Positions 34,814-43,315 of a stretch of 64,000 nucleotides of DNA are shown here, one piece after another. Each line of letters opens with the position of its first letter. The first letter of the stretch is position 1. The notes beneath the pieces were generated by a model. The model saw only the letters and a list, made by a program, of their open reading frames with translations, was not told the origin of the DNA and made no database searches. Origin of the DNA: Thermoplasmata archaeon (GTDB lineage: Archaea; Thermoplasmatota; Thermoplasmata; UBA10834); the NCBI GenBank assembly GCA_029864565.1, contig JAOTTD010000001.1, positions 208-64,207 on the forward strand, given 5' to 3'. The translations under genes were made by a program, and so were the position numbers.

Positions 34814-36010
34814 ATGATTAAGCTTATCCGCGAAAATTCTGTGGGCAAGTCAGTGATTATTCTGGCAGCAGTGATCCTCGCTGTCCCTGGATTCACAGGG
34901 CTATCGATTGCTGTTGATCAGGAGGACAACGGCATTCCGGAGTGGACTATCGCCCTCTTCATAAATGCCGACAACAACCTGGAAATCTGCTACGACGACT
35001 TCACCTATCCGTGGCTGTGTGCCCTCCCAGATAACGACGAGGTAGACATCGTCTCGTGGGTGGACAGGCTGAGCACGACGGGGTATGAAATCATCGAGTT
35101 CTCAGGCGAGGACACGACGATCAGCTACGTGGAGACGGAGCTGGGATTCGGCCTTTCCTCCACACTGAGGGATTTCCTCATATGGACCAACACCGAACAC
35201 CCGTCGGAGAACTTGGCAGTGATAATGTGGGACCACGGCAGCGCGTGGCGATCCTTCAGCAGCGACGATACGGATGGATCGAGGATGTATGGCCCTGACC
35301 TGGACCAGGCGCTGCGGGAAGCCGACATACCACTGGACATATTGGGCTTCGATGCCTGCTCGATGTCAAGCATGGAGAGGCTGTACGAGGTCGGTTACTC
35401 CGGGTATGTCGACATAATGGTGGCCTCGGAGGAGCTTGTGCCCGGCAACGGTTTCCCGTATGATTTGATGTTCACACCATTGATACAGGACTCCACCAGG
35501 GCACCCGTGCAGGTCGCGGGAGACATGGTGATGGGTTGGGAATCGTACTACCACCAATCTCAGAGGGTAAACCTCGCAGCGATAGACGTGAACCAGTTCA
35601 TGGCCGCAATGAATTCCTTCAGCGACTGGACAGACGACATGATAGACGGAATCGACCTGTTTAAGAATGCATACAATCACGCGGCCAAGGATGCATATGC
35701 CGACTGCGGGACTCAGTTCCAGCTAGATATGATCGACCTGGCCGAATTGCTCTATGAGGAATTGGCCAGATGTCCTGCAAGCGATGAGCGGACGGCCCTG
35801 TCGGACTCGACCCTTGGACTGACCGACGCTTTGAAGGGTTCGGTCATAGCCATATCCACATCGGCTGTTACGAGGGACACCCACGGCATGACGATATACT
35901 GGGGATGGTATGGCTCCTGGAACTCGTTCGAGACGCGGTATCTTGAGACGCTCTGGTTCCCCGACGATACAGGTTGGGGAGAGTTCCTTGAGCTGTTCAA
36001 CCTGAAGTAG
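34814..36010 (+). CDS. secreted clostripain-like C11 cysteine peptidase
   Basis: Signal-like KSVIILAAVILAVPGFTGLSIA. WTIALFINADNNLE, VIMWDHGSAWRSF (His) and GFDACSMSSMERLYE (Cys). It ends GWGEFLELFNLK. The ORF track starts at 34784. I prefer the ATG at 34814, which has an SD. Confidence 0.85.
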   Translation: MIKLIRENSVGKSVIILAAVILAVPGFTGLSIAVDQEDNGIPEWTIALFINADNNLEICYDDFTYPWLCALPDNDEVDIVSWVDRLSTTGYEIIEFSGEDTTISYVETELGFGLSSTLRDFLIWTNTEHPSENLAVIMWDHGSAWRSFSSDDTDGSRMYGPDLDQALREADIPLDILGFDACSMSSMERLYEVGYSGYVDIMVASEELVPGNGFPYDLMFTPLIQDSTRAPVQVAGDMVMGWESYYHQSQRVNLAAIDVNQFMAAMNSFSDWTDDMIDGIDLFKNAYNHAAKDAYADCGTQFQLDMIDLAELLYEELARCPASDERTALSDSTLGLTDALKGSVIAISTSAVTRDTHGMTIYWGWYGSWNSFETRYLETLWFPDDTGWGEFLELFNLK

Positions 36011-36146
36011 AGGCAGTTGAGAGCACGAACGCTCTACTGGGGCCTGGGCTTAGCCGTAGAATCGACCAGGCAGGCCTGCAGATCGCACTAACCAGGACTG
36101 AGCCAGGGGCCCGCGAAAGAGCAGGAAGAGGCGCACCCGGTCGTCG

Positions 36147-37670
36147 TTACAGCGACAGTTCGAGTATGAACTCGTATGCCTCCAGCCCCAGGACAGTGTC
36201 CGATTCCGTGAGCGCGGATACGGCTCCGCCAGTGTCTCCATCAGCTATAGCCTCGGCAGCGATCGCCTCCGCCTCCGCGTTCTTCTCGAAGGCCCCGGAC
36301 TCCCACTCGGTCAGCACTGGCGCGAGCTCTACCCAGGTTTCGAATGTCCCCTCCCTGAGTAGGCTCGCGGCCTTCCATACGATGCCGTTGACATACGCCG
36401 AGAGCGTCTCTACGAGCTCGCCAGGACGCTTCATGAGACCGTTGTGGAGGGGGAAGTAGGGCGTGTACCCAGGGTTGTTGATGGCAGTCCACATGACCGA
36501 CATGATGGACGGGTTCTCAGAGTCTATCTCGAACACACCCGCGGCGACGGTCCTGATGTTGCATATCGAGAATCCGGGCCAACCGAAGCCCCATGTACCC
36601 CAGGGCATCTCGTCGAGATGCCTCTCGATAATCTCCCAGGGCTGCGAGTTGCCGTAGTCGTCCACATCCCTCGTGAACGACACGAGGTCCTGGACCGTGA
36701 CGACGTTGCCACTCTCCGAGAGCAACTCGTAGGCGCGGTCCATCCTGGAGACCGAGGGGACCCAGAAGTACCCGAACTCCTCGTTCACGACCCAATTGAA
36801 GAACGGCGGCAACGTGTAGTGGTTCGTGTGCACGGCAACGCCGTCCGTTATCTCCTGCCAAACGGTGTCCTCGCCATCCTGGGTCTGGTAGCACGACGAC
36901 ACCGCCTCTATGAACGCAGCCGAGTTCTTGTCCGCGACCATCACGCTCGTGCCCCCGTACTTGTCGACGCTGCGGACGAGCTCGATTGCCTCGTCCACGG
37001 TCGAGCACATCTCAAGCACATGGCGGTTCAGGGGGTTCTCGTCCCAGCCGCCCTCGTAAAACTCGGGCACGGGCACCCAGTTGTTGCCGTCGCTTAGGCC
37101 AGCATCGTTGAGGCCGAATGAGATGCCCCAGTCACCCGCGCCCGCGACGGCAATGAACCCGTGCCTTCCATCGATGGGCTCGACGACAAGGAGTACGTTC
37201 GGGCAGTTCGCGTCCCTTGTCTTCGATGCGAGCGTGTTCCCAGTCACGGAGCCCGACCCAACGGCGACGAGTATCGTGCAGCCGTCATGGCTTCGAACTG
37301 AGGAGCCGAACATGTTCATCGCCAGGAGTTCGCCGAAGTCCACGTCCGAGGCGGCTGCCATGGCGCGTATCTCCGTGATCATGTGCTCAGGCATCGACGA
37401 GGACAGCGATACGGCCTGAGCGGCCGTGGCCATCTTGTCCATTCCCTTAGCCTCGGCCTCCTCCCAGAACCCGTTCAAGTTGTCCCTGATCATCTGGCCT
37501 ACAGCGAGGCCGTAGGCCGTCCCGCGCTCTTCCGGCGCGCCTGAGAGCACCACGACGGGCATCCCGTCGAGTATAGGCAAGGCCGCCTCCGCTCCCCCGG
37601 AGCCGACAGGCATGAACGCCATAAGACACAACGCGGTCGCTACACATACTGCAAACGATACGCAAGACAC
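36147..37670 (-). CDS. secreted peptidase C45 / acyl-CoA:6-APA acyltransferase-like Ntn hydrolase
   Basis: Signal-like MSCVSFAVCVATALCLMAFMPVGSGGAEA. PEERGTAYGLAVGQMIRDN. Putative autoprocessing site SHDG|CTILVAVG. SKTRDANCP...GFIAVAGAGDWGISFGLNDAGL. Confidence 0.8.
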   Translation of the reverse strand: MSCVSFAVCVATALCLMAFMPVGSGGAEAALPILDGMPVVVLSGAPEERGTAYGLAVGQMIRDNLNGFWEEAEAKGMDKMATAAQAVSLSSSMPEHMITEIRAMAAASDVDFGELLAMNMFGSSVRSHDGCTILVAVGSGSVTGNTLASKTRDANCPNVLLVVEPIDGRHGFIAVAGAGDWGISFGLNDAGLSDGNNWVPVPEFYEGGWDENPLNRHVLEMCSTVDEAIELVRSVDKYGGTSVMVADKNSAAFIEAVSSCYQTQDGEDTVWQEITDGVAVHTNHYTLPPFFNWVVNEEFGYFWVPSVSRMDRAYELLSESGNVVTVQDLVSFTRDVDDYGNSQPWEIIERHLDEMPWGTWGFGWPGFSICNIRTVAAGVFEIDSENPSIMSVMWTAINNPGYTPYFPLHNGLMKRPGELVETLSAYVNGIVWKAASLLREGTFETWVELAPVLTEWESGAFEKNAEAEAIAAEAIADGDTGGAVSALTESDTVLGLEAYEFILELSL

Positions 37671-37824
37671 CCTAATGCGATACTCCCCCTATCACACGGG
37701 CCACCAGCCAACCGATGTGCTCTGCGGGGATGCCCGTGCTCCGATACCCTGACCGCAGTACATGCTAGAAATCGATTGCGGTCAGTGCAATCGCCCGATG
37801 TGGCGTCGGAGTGCCAAACAGCCT

Positions 37825-37950
37825 TTCGACCTGATTCTCCGAGACCCACGAGGAAAGGCGATGAAATAGGGCTGAGAAAGAGTTTAGCTCGGTGCTAGAA
37901 TCGCGAGATTGAAATCCTGCTAGCCGTCCAAGTGTAAATCCGGCTCTCCG
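37825..37950 (+). repeat. R1 dispersed intergenic repeat, copy C (longest, best conserved)
   Basis: TTCGACCTGATTCTCC...GATGAAATAGGGCTGAGAAAGAGTTTAGCTCGGTGCTAGAATCGCGAGATTGAAATCCTGCTAGCCGTCCAAGTGTAAATCCGGCTCTCCGCA. It matches copy B at 54/57 and copy A at 55/72. Confidence 0.8.
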
Positions 37951-37999
37951 CACTTACATGCTAAATAGGACAAGAGGATTAGACTGGAGAGTTGATTCG

Positions 38000-38674
38000 A
38001 TGCACGGATTGAATGTGCTGGCAACATGGAGCGGGGGCAAGGATAGCTGCTTTGCCAGCTACAAGGCAATGCTCGATGGTGCCAATATAACCAACTTGGT
38101 AAACACAATTTCTGAAGAAACCCAAAGAGTGAGATTTCATGGGATTGAAGATACACTAGTTCAGGCACAAGCGGAAGCGATTGGAATCCCTCTCCATCAA
38201 ATAGAAACAAGAGGTGACGATTATGAAAGTGACTTCAAAGAAGGCATAAGAAGTCTGATTCTAGACAGAAACATTCAGGCCATGGTCTTTGGCGATATCC
38301 ACTTAGAGCCTTGTAGAAAATGGGCGGAAAGAATTTGCAGAGAATTAGATATAGACGTCATGGAGCCTCTGTGGAATAGACCCGTAAAAGAAATCTTAAT
38401 AGATTTCATGCGCAGTGGATTTGAAGCATGCATAACCAGCTGTCAAGCAGATTTGGTGAGCGGCAAGTATGTTGGAAGAAGATTAAATGAAGACTTGCTG
38501 GAAGAAATCATTGGACTAGGAATCGATGTTTGTGGAGAGAATGGTGAATTTCACACGGTAGTTACCGATGGCCCCATTTTCAAACGAAGAATAGATGTTC
38601 TTGAATCTCAGAAGGTACTGAGAAACGGCTATTGGTTCTGGGATATCAAGGAATATGAATTAGTCAATAAGTAA
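38000..38674 (+). CDS. PP-loop ATPase of the MJ0570 / diphthine-ammonia ligase (Dph6 N-domain) family
   Basis: NVLATWSGGKDSCFASYKAM (SGGKDS PP-loop), MVFGDI, EPLW and ENGEFHT. Very low G+C (22/60 at 38221-38280). Start taken at the internal ATG 38000. Confidence 0.8.
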   Translation: MHGLNVLATWSGGKDSCFASYKAMLDGANITNLVNTISEETQRVRFHGIEDTLVQAQAEAIGIPLHQIETRGDDYESDFKEGIRSLILDRNIQAMVFGDIHLEPCRKWAERICRELDIDVMEPLWNRPVKEILIDFMRSGFEACITSCQADLVSGKYVGRRLNEDLLEEIIGLGIDVCGENGEFHTVVTDGPIFKRRIDVLESQKVLRNGYWFWDIKEYELVNK

Positions 38675-38815
38675 CCTGGCGGGCTCAAATGCTGCTTCGT
38701 ACCCTGCACATTCCAATCATCGGGATTACATCTTCCCTGCGCAACTATTCATCTTCAAAGCAGTTCGAAAGGCCTATGATGCGACTCGGGCATAGTCGAC
38801 GAGGAGACGATATCG

Positions 38816-39601
38816 TTGCAGATCACGGATTTGAGTGAAGAGAACGAGAGGCTCTACTTCGTCTGTCTCGAGGATTGGTCAGATGAAATGAAGGACGCAG
38901 GAGACCACAAGGAACGATGGTACCTAAGAATGAAAGAGAGTGGCCTCAGAGTCAAACTAGCTGTTGATGACAATGGTGTCGTTGGCGGGATGATCCAGTA
39001 CATCCCAGTAGAGTTCTCAAACGTTCGCGGTGAAGACCTCTATTTCATCAACTGCATCTGGGTACACGGGTACAAGCAGGGAAGGGGCGATTTCCGCAAG
39101 AAGGGAATGGGAAAGGCACTTCTCAAAGCGGCGGAAGATGACGCTAGAAAACTCGGGGCGAAGGGGATGGCTGCGTGGGGCGCCAGTTTGCCCGTGTGGA
39201 TGAGAGCGTCGTGGTTCAAGAAGCAAGGATACGAGAAAGCGGATAAGGATGGCATGGCTGTGCTCCTATGGAAACCCTTCACCCAATATGCTAAACCGCC
39301 ACATTGGATCGAGCAGAAGAAGAGGCCGCAGGCAACTTCGGGGAAGGTGACTGTGACTGCGTTCATAAACGGATGGTGCCCTGCCCAGAACCTGGTATAT
39401 GAAAGGGCTAAACGAATTGCTGCTGAGCTGGGTGACAAGGTGGTGTTCAACGGTGTCGACACTTCTGAGAGGAGTACGTTCCTTGAATGGGGCATAAATG
39501 ACGGCCTGTTCATAGATGACAAGGTTGTGAGAACCGGGCCCCCACCAACTTACGAGAAGTTGCGGAGGCTGATCGCAAAAAGGCTCAGGAGACTGAAGTA
39601 G
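38816..39601 (+). CDS. GNAT acetyltransferase fused to a thioredoxin-fold C-terminal domain
   Basis: GGMIQYIP...INCIWVHGYKQGRGDFRKKGMGKALLKAAEDDARKLGAKGM (GNAT), then VTVTAFINGWCPAQNLVYERAKRIAAELGDKVVFNGVD (Trx-like beta-alpha-beta). TTG start. Confidence 0.65.
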   Translation: MQITDLSEENERLYFVCLEDWSDEMKDAGDHKERWYLRMKESGLRVKLAVDDNGVVGGMIQYIPVEFSNVRGEDLYFINCIWVHGYKQGRGDFRKKGMGKALLKAAEDDARKLGAKGMAAWGASLPVWMRASWFKKQGYEKADKDGMAVLLWKPFTQYAKPPHWIEQKKRPQATSGKVTVTAFINGWCPAQNLVYERAKRIAAELGDKVVFNGVDTSERSTFLEWGINDGLFIDDKVVRTGPPPTYEKLRRLIAKRLRRLK

Positions 39602-39673
39602 GACTCTCACGTCGAGAATCCTGGCACCCTTGGGAACGCTTGACAGAACGAACTGGCAGACTCTCAAAGGATT

Positions 39674-39970
39674 CTATGGCTTGAACCTGGCCAGAAAGTC
39701 ATCAATGGGGATTGCCGATAGCGTGTTCGTCTCGAGGGTTCCGCGGGAACCCAGGTCCACCATGACCTTTGAGATTGTGAGATTGTCCTGTGCTTCCAGG
39801 ATGGTGAGGAAATCGTATTCGCCGAGGAGTGCGAACTGGTGCATAACTCGTGCGCCCATCTTCGAAATCTCCTCGTTCACTTCCTTCACGCGTTCCGGCT
39901 TGGCCTTGAGTGTCTTTCGTCCTTCATCTGTCAGTTTCGACAATACGACGTACACCGCCACTTCAACCAC
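39674..39970 (-). CDS. GYD domain protein
   Basis: 98 aa. YVVLSKLTDEGRKTLKAKPERVKEV...LLGEYDFLTILEAQDNLTISKVMVDLGSRG is typical of the GYD family. Confidence 0.8.
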   Translation of the reverse strand: MVEVAVYVVLSKLTDEGRKTLKAKPERVKEVNEEISKMGARVMHQFALLGEYDFLTILEAQDNLTISKVMVDLGSRGTLETNTLSAIPIDDFLARFKP

Positions 39971-40148
39971 CTACACGACCGCATGAAAATCGTCCCTCTT
40001 ATCTCTTTTGCCGATTAGCGGTGAGCCGTCGATCCGGGTATGCAAGTCGCCCAAAGTGAGAAAATGCATCAAGGGCTGGAAATAGGAAAAGGGTTTGCCT
40101 GATCCGGGGCTTCTGATCGAGAGCAGCACACTAAGAACTGGCGTCTGT

Positions 40149-40562
40149 TTATGGTATCTGGACTGTGTCGATCACGTGGATTACGCCATTGCTGGCATCA
40201 ATGTCCGTCTTGATGACCTTGGCAGATCCAACCCTGACACCTTGCGAGAGGTCGACCCTGAGATCCTTTCCCTGGACGGTTCTCAGTGAAGCCTGTTTTG
40301 TAACGGCCTCAGCGTCCATCTTCCCAGAAACCAGGTGATACTTCAGAATCGCACTCAGCTTCTCCCTGTCCTTCAGGAGACCTTCAACTGTCCCCGATGG
40401 GAGCTTGGCGAACGCTTCATCCGTCGGGGCGAACACTGTGAAAGGTCCGCCCTTGCTCAAAGTATCTACCAGACCAGCCTCTGTTGCGGCTTTCAAGAGG
40501 GTCTTGAACGATCCCGCTTCCGATGCGACTTCGACTATGTTCTTCATCCATTCCTCCTCCAC
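40149..40562 (-). CDS. fasciclin (FAS1) domain protein
   Basis: [48 protein letters not shown]...LKYHLVSG...[10 protein letters not shown] (H1, H2 and YH motifs). No clear signal peptide. Confidence 0.85.
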   Translation of the reverse strand: MEEEWMKNIVEVASEAGSFKTLLKAATEAGLVDTLSKGGPFTVFAPTDEAFAKLPSGTVEGLLKDREKLSAILKYHLVSGKMDAEAVTKQASLRTVQGKDLRVDLSQGVRVGSAKVIKTDIDASNGVIHVIDTVQIP

Positions 40563-40976
40563 TCACTATGTGAGCCACTTCGAATGGGCACTTTTGTTGT
40601 TATAGAATTGGACGTACAGGTGCGGTATCATGCGCCGATTTGCATAATGAAAGGAGATGATCTTTCGAGATTCACATTTGTTCGCTCTCGAGACGTGACA
40701 ATAATTCAGTACTATGTATCCAAACCGCGAGGAATTTCCTACGCTTCGAATTTGATGCATGCTAGTGTGCTGCAAAACCGCATAGACCGAGCTCCAGGCT
40801 CCCCCTTCGCATTGTGGATGGGCGCAAGGCTTATCTTGGGGCCGTTGCTCTTCTTCAGCAGCCGGGTCATCCTCACGTATGCTGATCGTGGAACAAGTCG
40901 TGGGCGCCTCAGGAACGAGCGCCGCCGTAGCGGCCTGCCATGGGCGCTGAGCCCGGGCCAGATGTCGATGTATGGG

Positions 40977-41861
40977 TCATGCGAGCAACCAACCAGCTGT
41001 CATTGCAGTCATCACAGCACCCATAGTGATCGCTCCAAGAATGGGCTTTGGAGTGCGCATGAAAACAAATCCAGAGTAAATCCCAAGCGGCAATGTCGCC
41101 GCCGTGGCAACGCTGACCTCTAATGGAAACAAGTCTCCCGTGAACGCGAAGACGTAGACATAGGTCGAGGCAATCACGACCATGTGCAACAACCTTGTTC
41201 GATCGCCCAGTCTAACGACTAAAGTGAGCTTACCAGATTGCCTGTCCGCCATCATGTCGGCCCAATGAATGCCCAAGAGGTTTGCCATCACGATTAAGAA
41301 AACTGGCACACACCATAAGACAGCTCTCGCAGGTATTTCACTAGTCTGAGAGGCGAGCGCGAGGAGGGGCATAAGGAACCCGCCGAGAATGGCATTGTCA
41401 AGCTCCCCCCAGCCCCGCCTTATGAGCCGCATCGGAGACATAGAATATATCCAGCCTCCGGCTAGTCCCGACACAACGACCAATCCCGTGACGGGATAAA
41501 GAATTCCTGAAGTGATGCCTACGGCCGTTAGGATCATGGCGGACCCAAATGAGACCACAGCTGCATTCAACGCCAGCGATCTAGGAACCTGCTTCGATAT
41601 GAGAACACCACTGCCTCCTGTAACTATGGTTCTTGCTGTAAGTGAGTCTGTGTCCACATCTGCATACTCGTCGGCATAGTGTGCCATCATTATCGCCGAG
41701 ATCAAAATGACAAAGCCGAGAAAGGCAGCGGCCAAATCGACCGCTCCCATTTCGTACTGTGCCATGGCCAAACCAAGGGCGTATGAAATGATGCCGGCAA
41801 CAATAATCAGAGGCCTCGCCATCTTCACTAACGCAATCGACGTTGAATAGAGCATAGCCAT
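40977..41861 (-). CDS. UbiA-family prenyltransferase
   Basis: Eight or nine hydrophobic helices. Asp-rich motif HYADEYADVDTD and a second D-rich region HWADMMADRQ. Confidence 0.8.
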   Translation of the reverse strand: MAMLYSTSIALVKMARPLIIVAGIISYALGLAMAQYEMGAVDLAAAFLGFVILISAIMMAHYADEYADVDTDSLTARTIVTGGSGVLISKQVPRSLALNAAVVSFGSAMILTAVGITSGILYPVTGLVVVSGLAGGWIYSMSPMRLIRRGWGELDNAILGGFLMPLLALASQTSEIPARAVLWCVPVFLIVMANLLGIHWADMMADRQSGKLTLVVRLGDRTRLLHMVVIASTYVYVFAFTGDLFPLEVSVATAATLPLGIYSGFVFMRTPKPILGAITMGAVMTAMTAGWLLA

Positions 41862-41864
41862 AGC

Positions 41865-42629
41865 TCATCTCCTAGAATAGTAGTAGTCGAATATCTGGTC
41901 AAGATCCCCGCCGAGTGCGTACCAAACGCGGCACTTCAGGAATTTAACAGTATGACGGATATTGCCGTGCTTCCGAAAAGCATCGGCGCTTGTGATTACA
42001 GTCTCTCGAAGAAGTCTCACCTTCCCGTGCTTCCTCATGCATTTGCCAAGTCTGACGTCTTCCATGATCGGCACATCAATAGCCTGAAGGCATCCCCTCA
42101 GGATTCCTGTTCGCAAGAATATCCCCCTGTCGCCCCAGACATCTCCCAGGACCCACGAAAAGAGGCTGCCCAATGGCAAAAGAAACTGAAGATAAGCGCT
42201 TCTTTTGTCGAACGACCTGGAGAATGCGCCACCGGCGGTCTTCGGATCCGACATGGCCTTGATTATGGCAGAATCCCAATCATTCGGCAGCGTGGTATCA
42301 GAGTGCAGGAGTAGAGATATGTCTCCTTTAGCGATCTTTGCGCCCTCTATGAACGCATATCCGCGTCCGATCCGATTGGAAACTACGACTATCTCGCTCG
42401 GTCCTTCGGGAGAGATCTTACCCACCAGTTCCGGGCTATTGATGACGATGATCAGCTCGGCGATGACATTAGAAGCATGGACAGACTCTCTGATCTGCAG
42501 AAGCCTGGAAATGCCCTCATGAACGGGCACTATGACCGATATGATTGTTCTGCCTTCATTCGGCGAACCTTTCTCAACCATATTCGCAATCATTTCCTCG
42601 ATCATCTCAACAAAGCCTTGTTCTCGCAA
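41865..42629 (-). CDS. GT2-like glycosyltransferase (rSAM/selenodomain-associated transferase 2 type, recalled as TIGR04283)
   Basis: ISVIVPVHEG...LIIVINSP...GRGYAFIEGAKIAKGDISLLLHSDTTLP, a GT-A fold with a DxD-like HSD. Confidence 0.75.
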   Translation of the reverse strand: MREQGFVEMIEEMIANMVEKGSPNEGRTIISVIVPVHEGISRLLQIRESVHASNVIAELIIVINSPELVGKISPEGPSEIVVVSNRIGRGYAFIEGAKIAKGDISLLLHSDTTLPNDWDSAIIKAMSDPKTAGGAFSRSFDKRSAYLQFLLPLGSLFSWVLGDVWGDRGIFLRTGILRGCLQAIDVPIMEDVRLGKCMRKHGKVRLLRETVITSADAFRKHGNIRHTVKFLKCRVWYALGGDLDQIFDYYYSRR

Positions 42630-43315
42630 ATGAAGCGCATTGTTCTTTGTGCGAATGAAGACTGCTCGCAGAGATCCTGGAATAGCGCGCTAAGATCATC
42701 CATTGTGTCGACATCGCTCCATTCTTGAAGTATGTGAATTTTCAGGCCTGCCCCTTCCAACTTTGATAAAGTGTCCTCGAACACCTGCGAAGTACTCCAA
42801 TGGATCCCCTCAAAAGCATCTGGAAGAAATGCGCGGCGACTGAATCCTATGAGGTAGTATCCTCCATCGGTCGAAGGGCCAATCACTGCATCGTGACCAT
42901 CGAGCGCGGAAGAGGACTCGACCAGAATCCTGACGGGCAGATCCGGCGAGTCGCTTCCAATCGCCACGACCTTTTCGAACTCCTTATTGAATGCATCGCT
43001 GAAGGCGTTCCTAAGCCTTTGTCCCATGTCTCGTCCGCGCTGAGGGATATAGGTCACGTTTGTTCCAAGCCAACTCTGAAATCCTCCCAGCTTGGTGCTC
43101 GGATAGTAGCAGATGGAAAACGGAATTCCTGATGCCTTGAGAGTCTCAATCGAATCCAGTACGAAGCAACCGTAGAGATCTATGACCTTGTCCTCTGGCA
43201 GGTTCCGTGCAAGTCTTTGCTTGACAACCCCTTTCTGCGGGTATTTCGTGAGGAGAAGAATGCATGCGTTTGATGCAGTCCCGCAATGCTCAGGATTCTT
43301 ATTTCTATCGGACAA
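42602..43315 (-). CDS. DUF2064 / CofC-like nucleotidyltransferase-fold protein (rSAM/selenodomain-associated transferase 1 type, recalled as TIGR04282)
   Basis: ACILLLTKYPQKGVVKQRLA...VAIGSDSPDLP...GPSTDGGYYLIG...WSDVDTMDDL. Confidence 0.75.
   Translation of the reverse strand: MSDRNKNPEHCGTASNACILLLTKYPQKGVVKQRLARNLPEDKVIDLYGCFVLDSIETLKASGIPFSICYYPSTKLGGFQSWLGTNVTYIPQRGRDMGQRLRNAFSDAFNKEFEKVVAIGSDSPDLPVRILVESSSALDGHDAVIGPSTDGGYYLIGFSRRAFLPDAFEGIHWSTSQVFEDTLSKLEGAGLKIHILQEWSDVDTMDDLSALFQDLCEQSSFAQRTMRFICENKALLR

Noticed and set aside
30541-37953. Calling the R1-bracketed block a mobile element or genomic island.
   Set aside because: There is no integrase, transposase, conjugation gene or terminal inverted repeat. 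No tRNA target is present. The composition of the peptidase genes looks native. It is kept as a hypothesis in the findings only.
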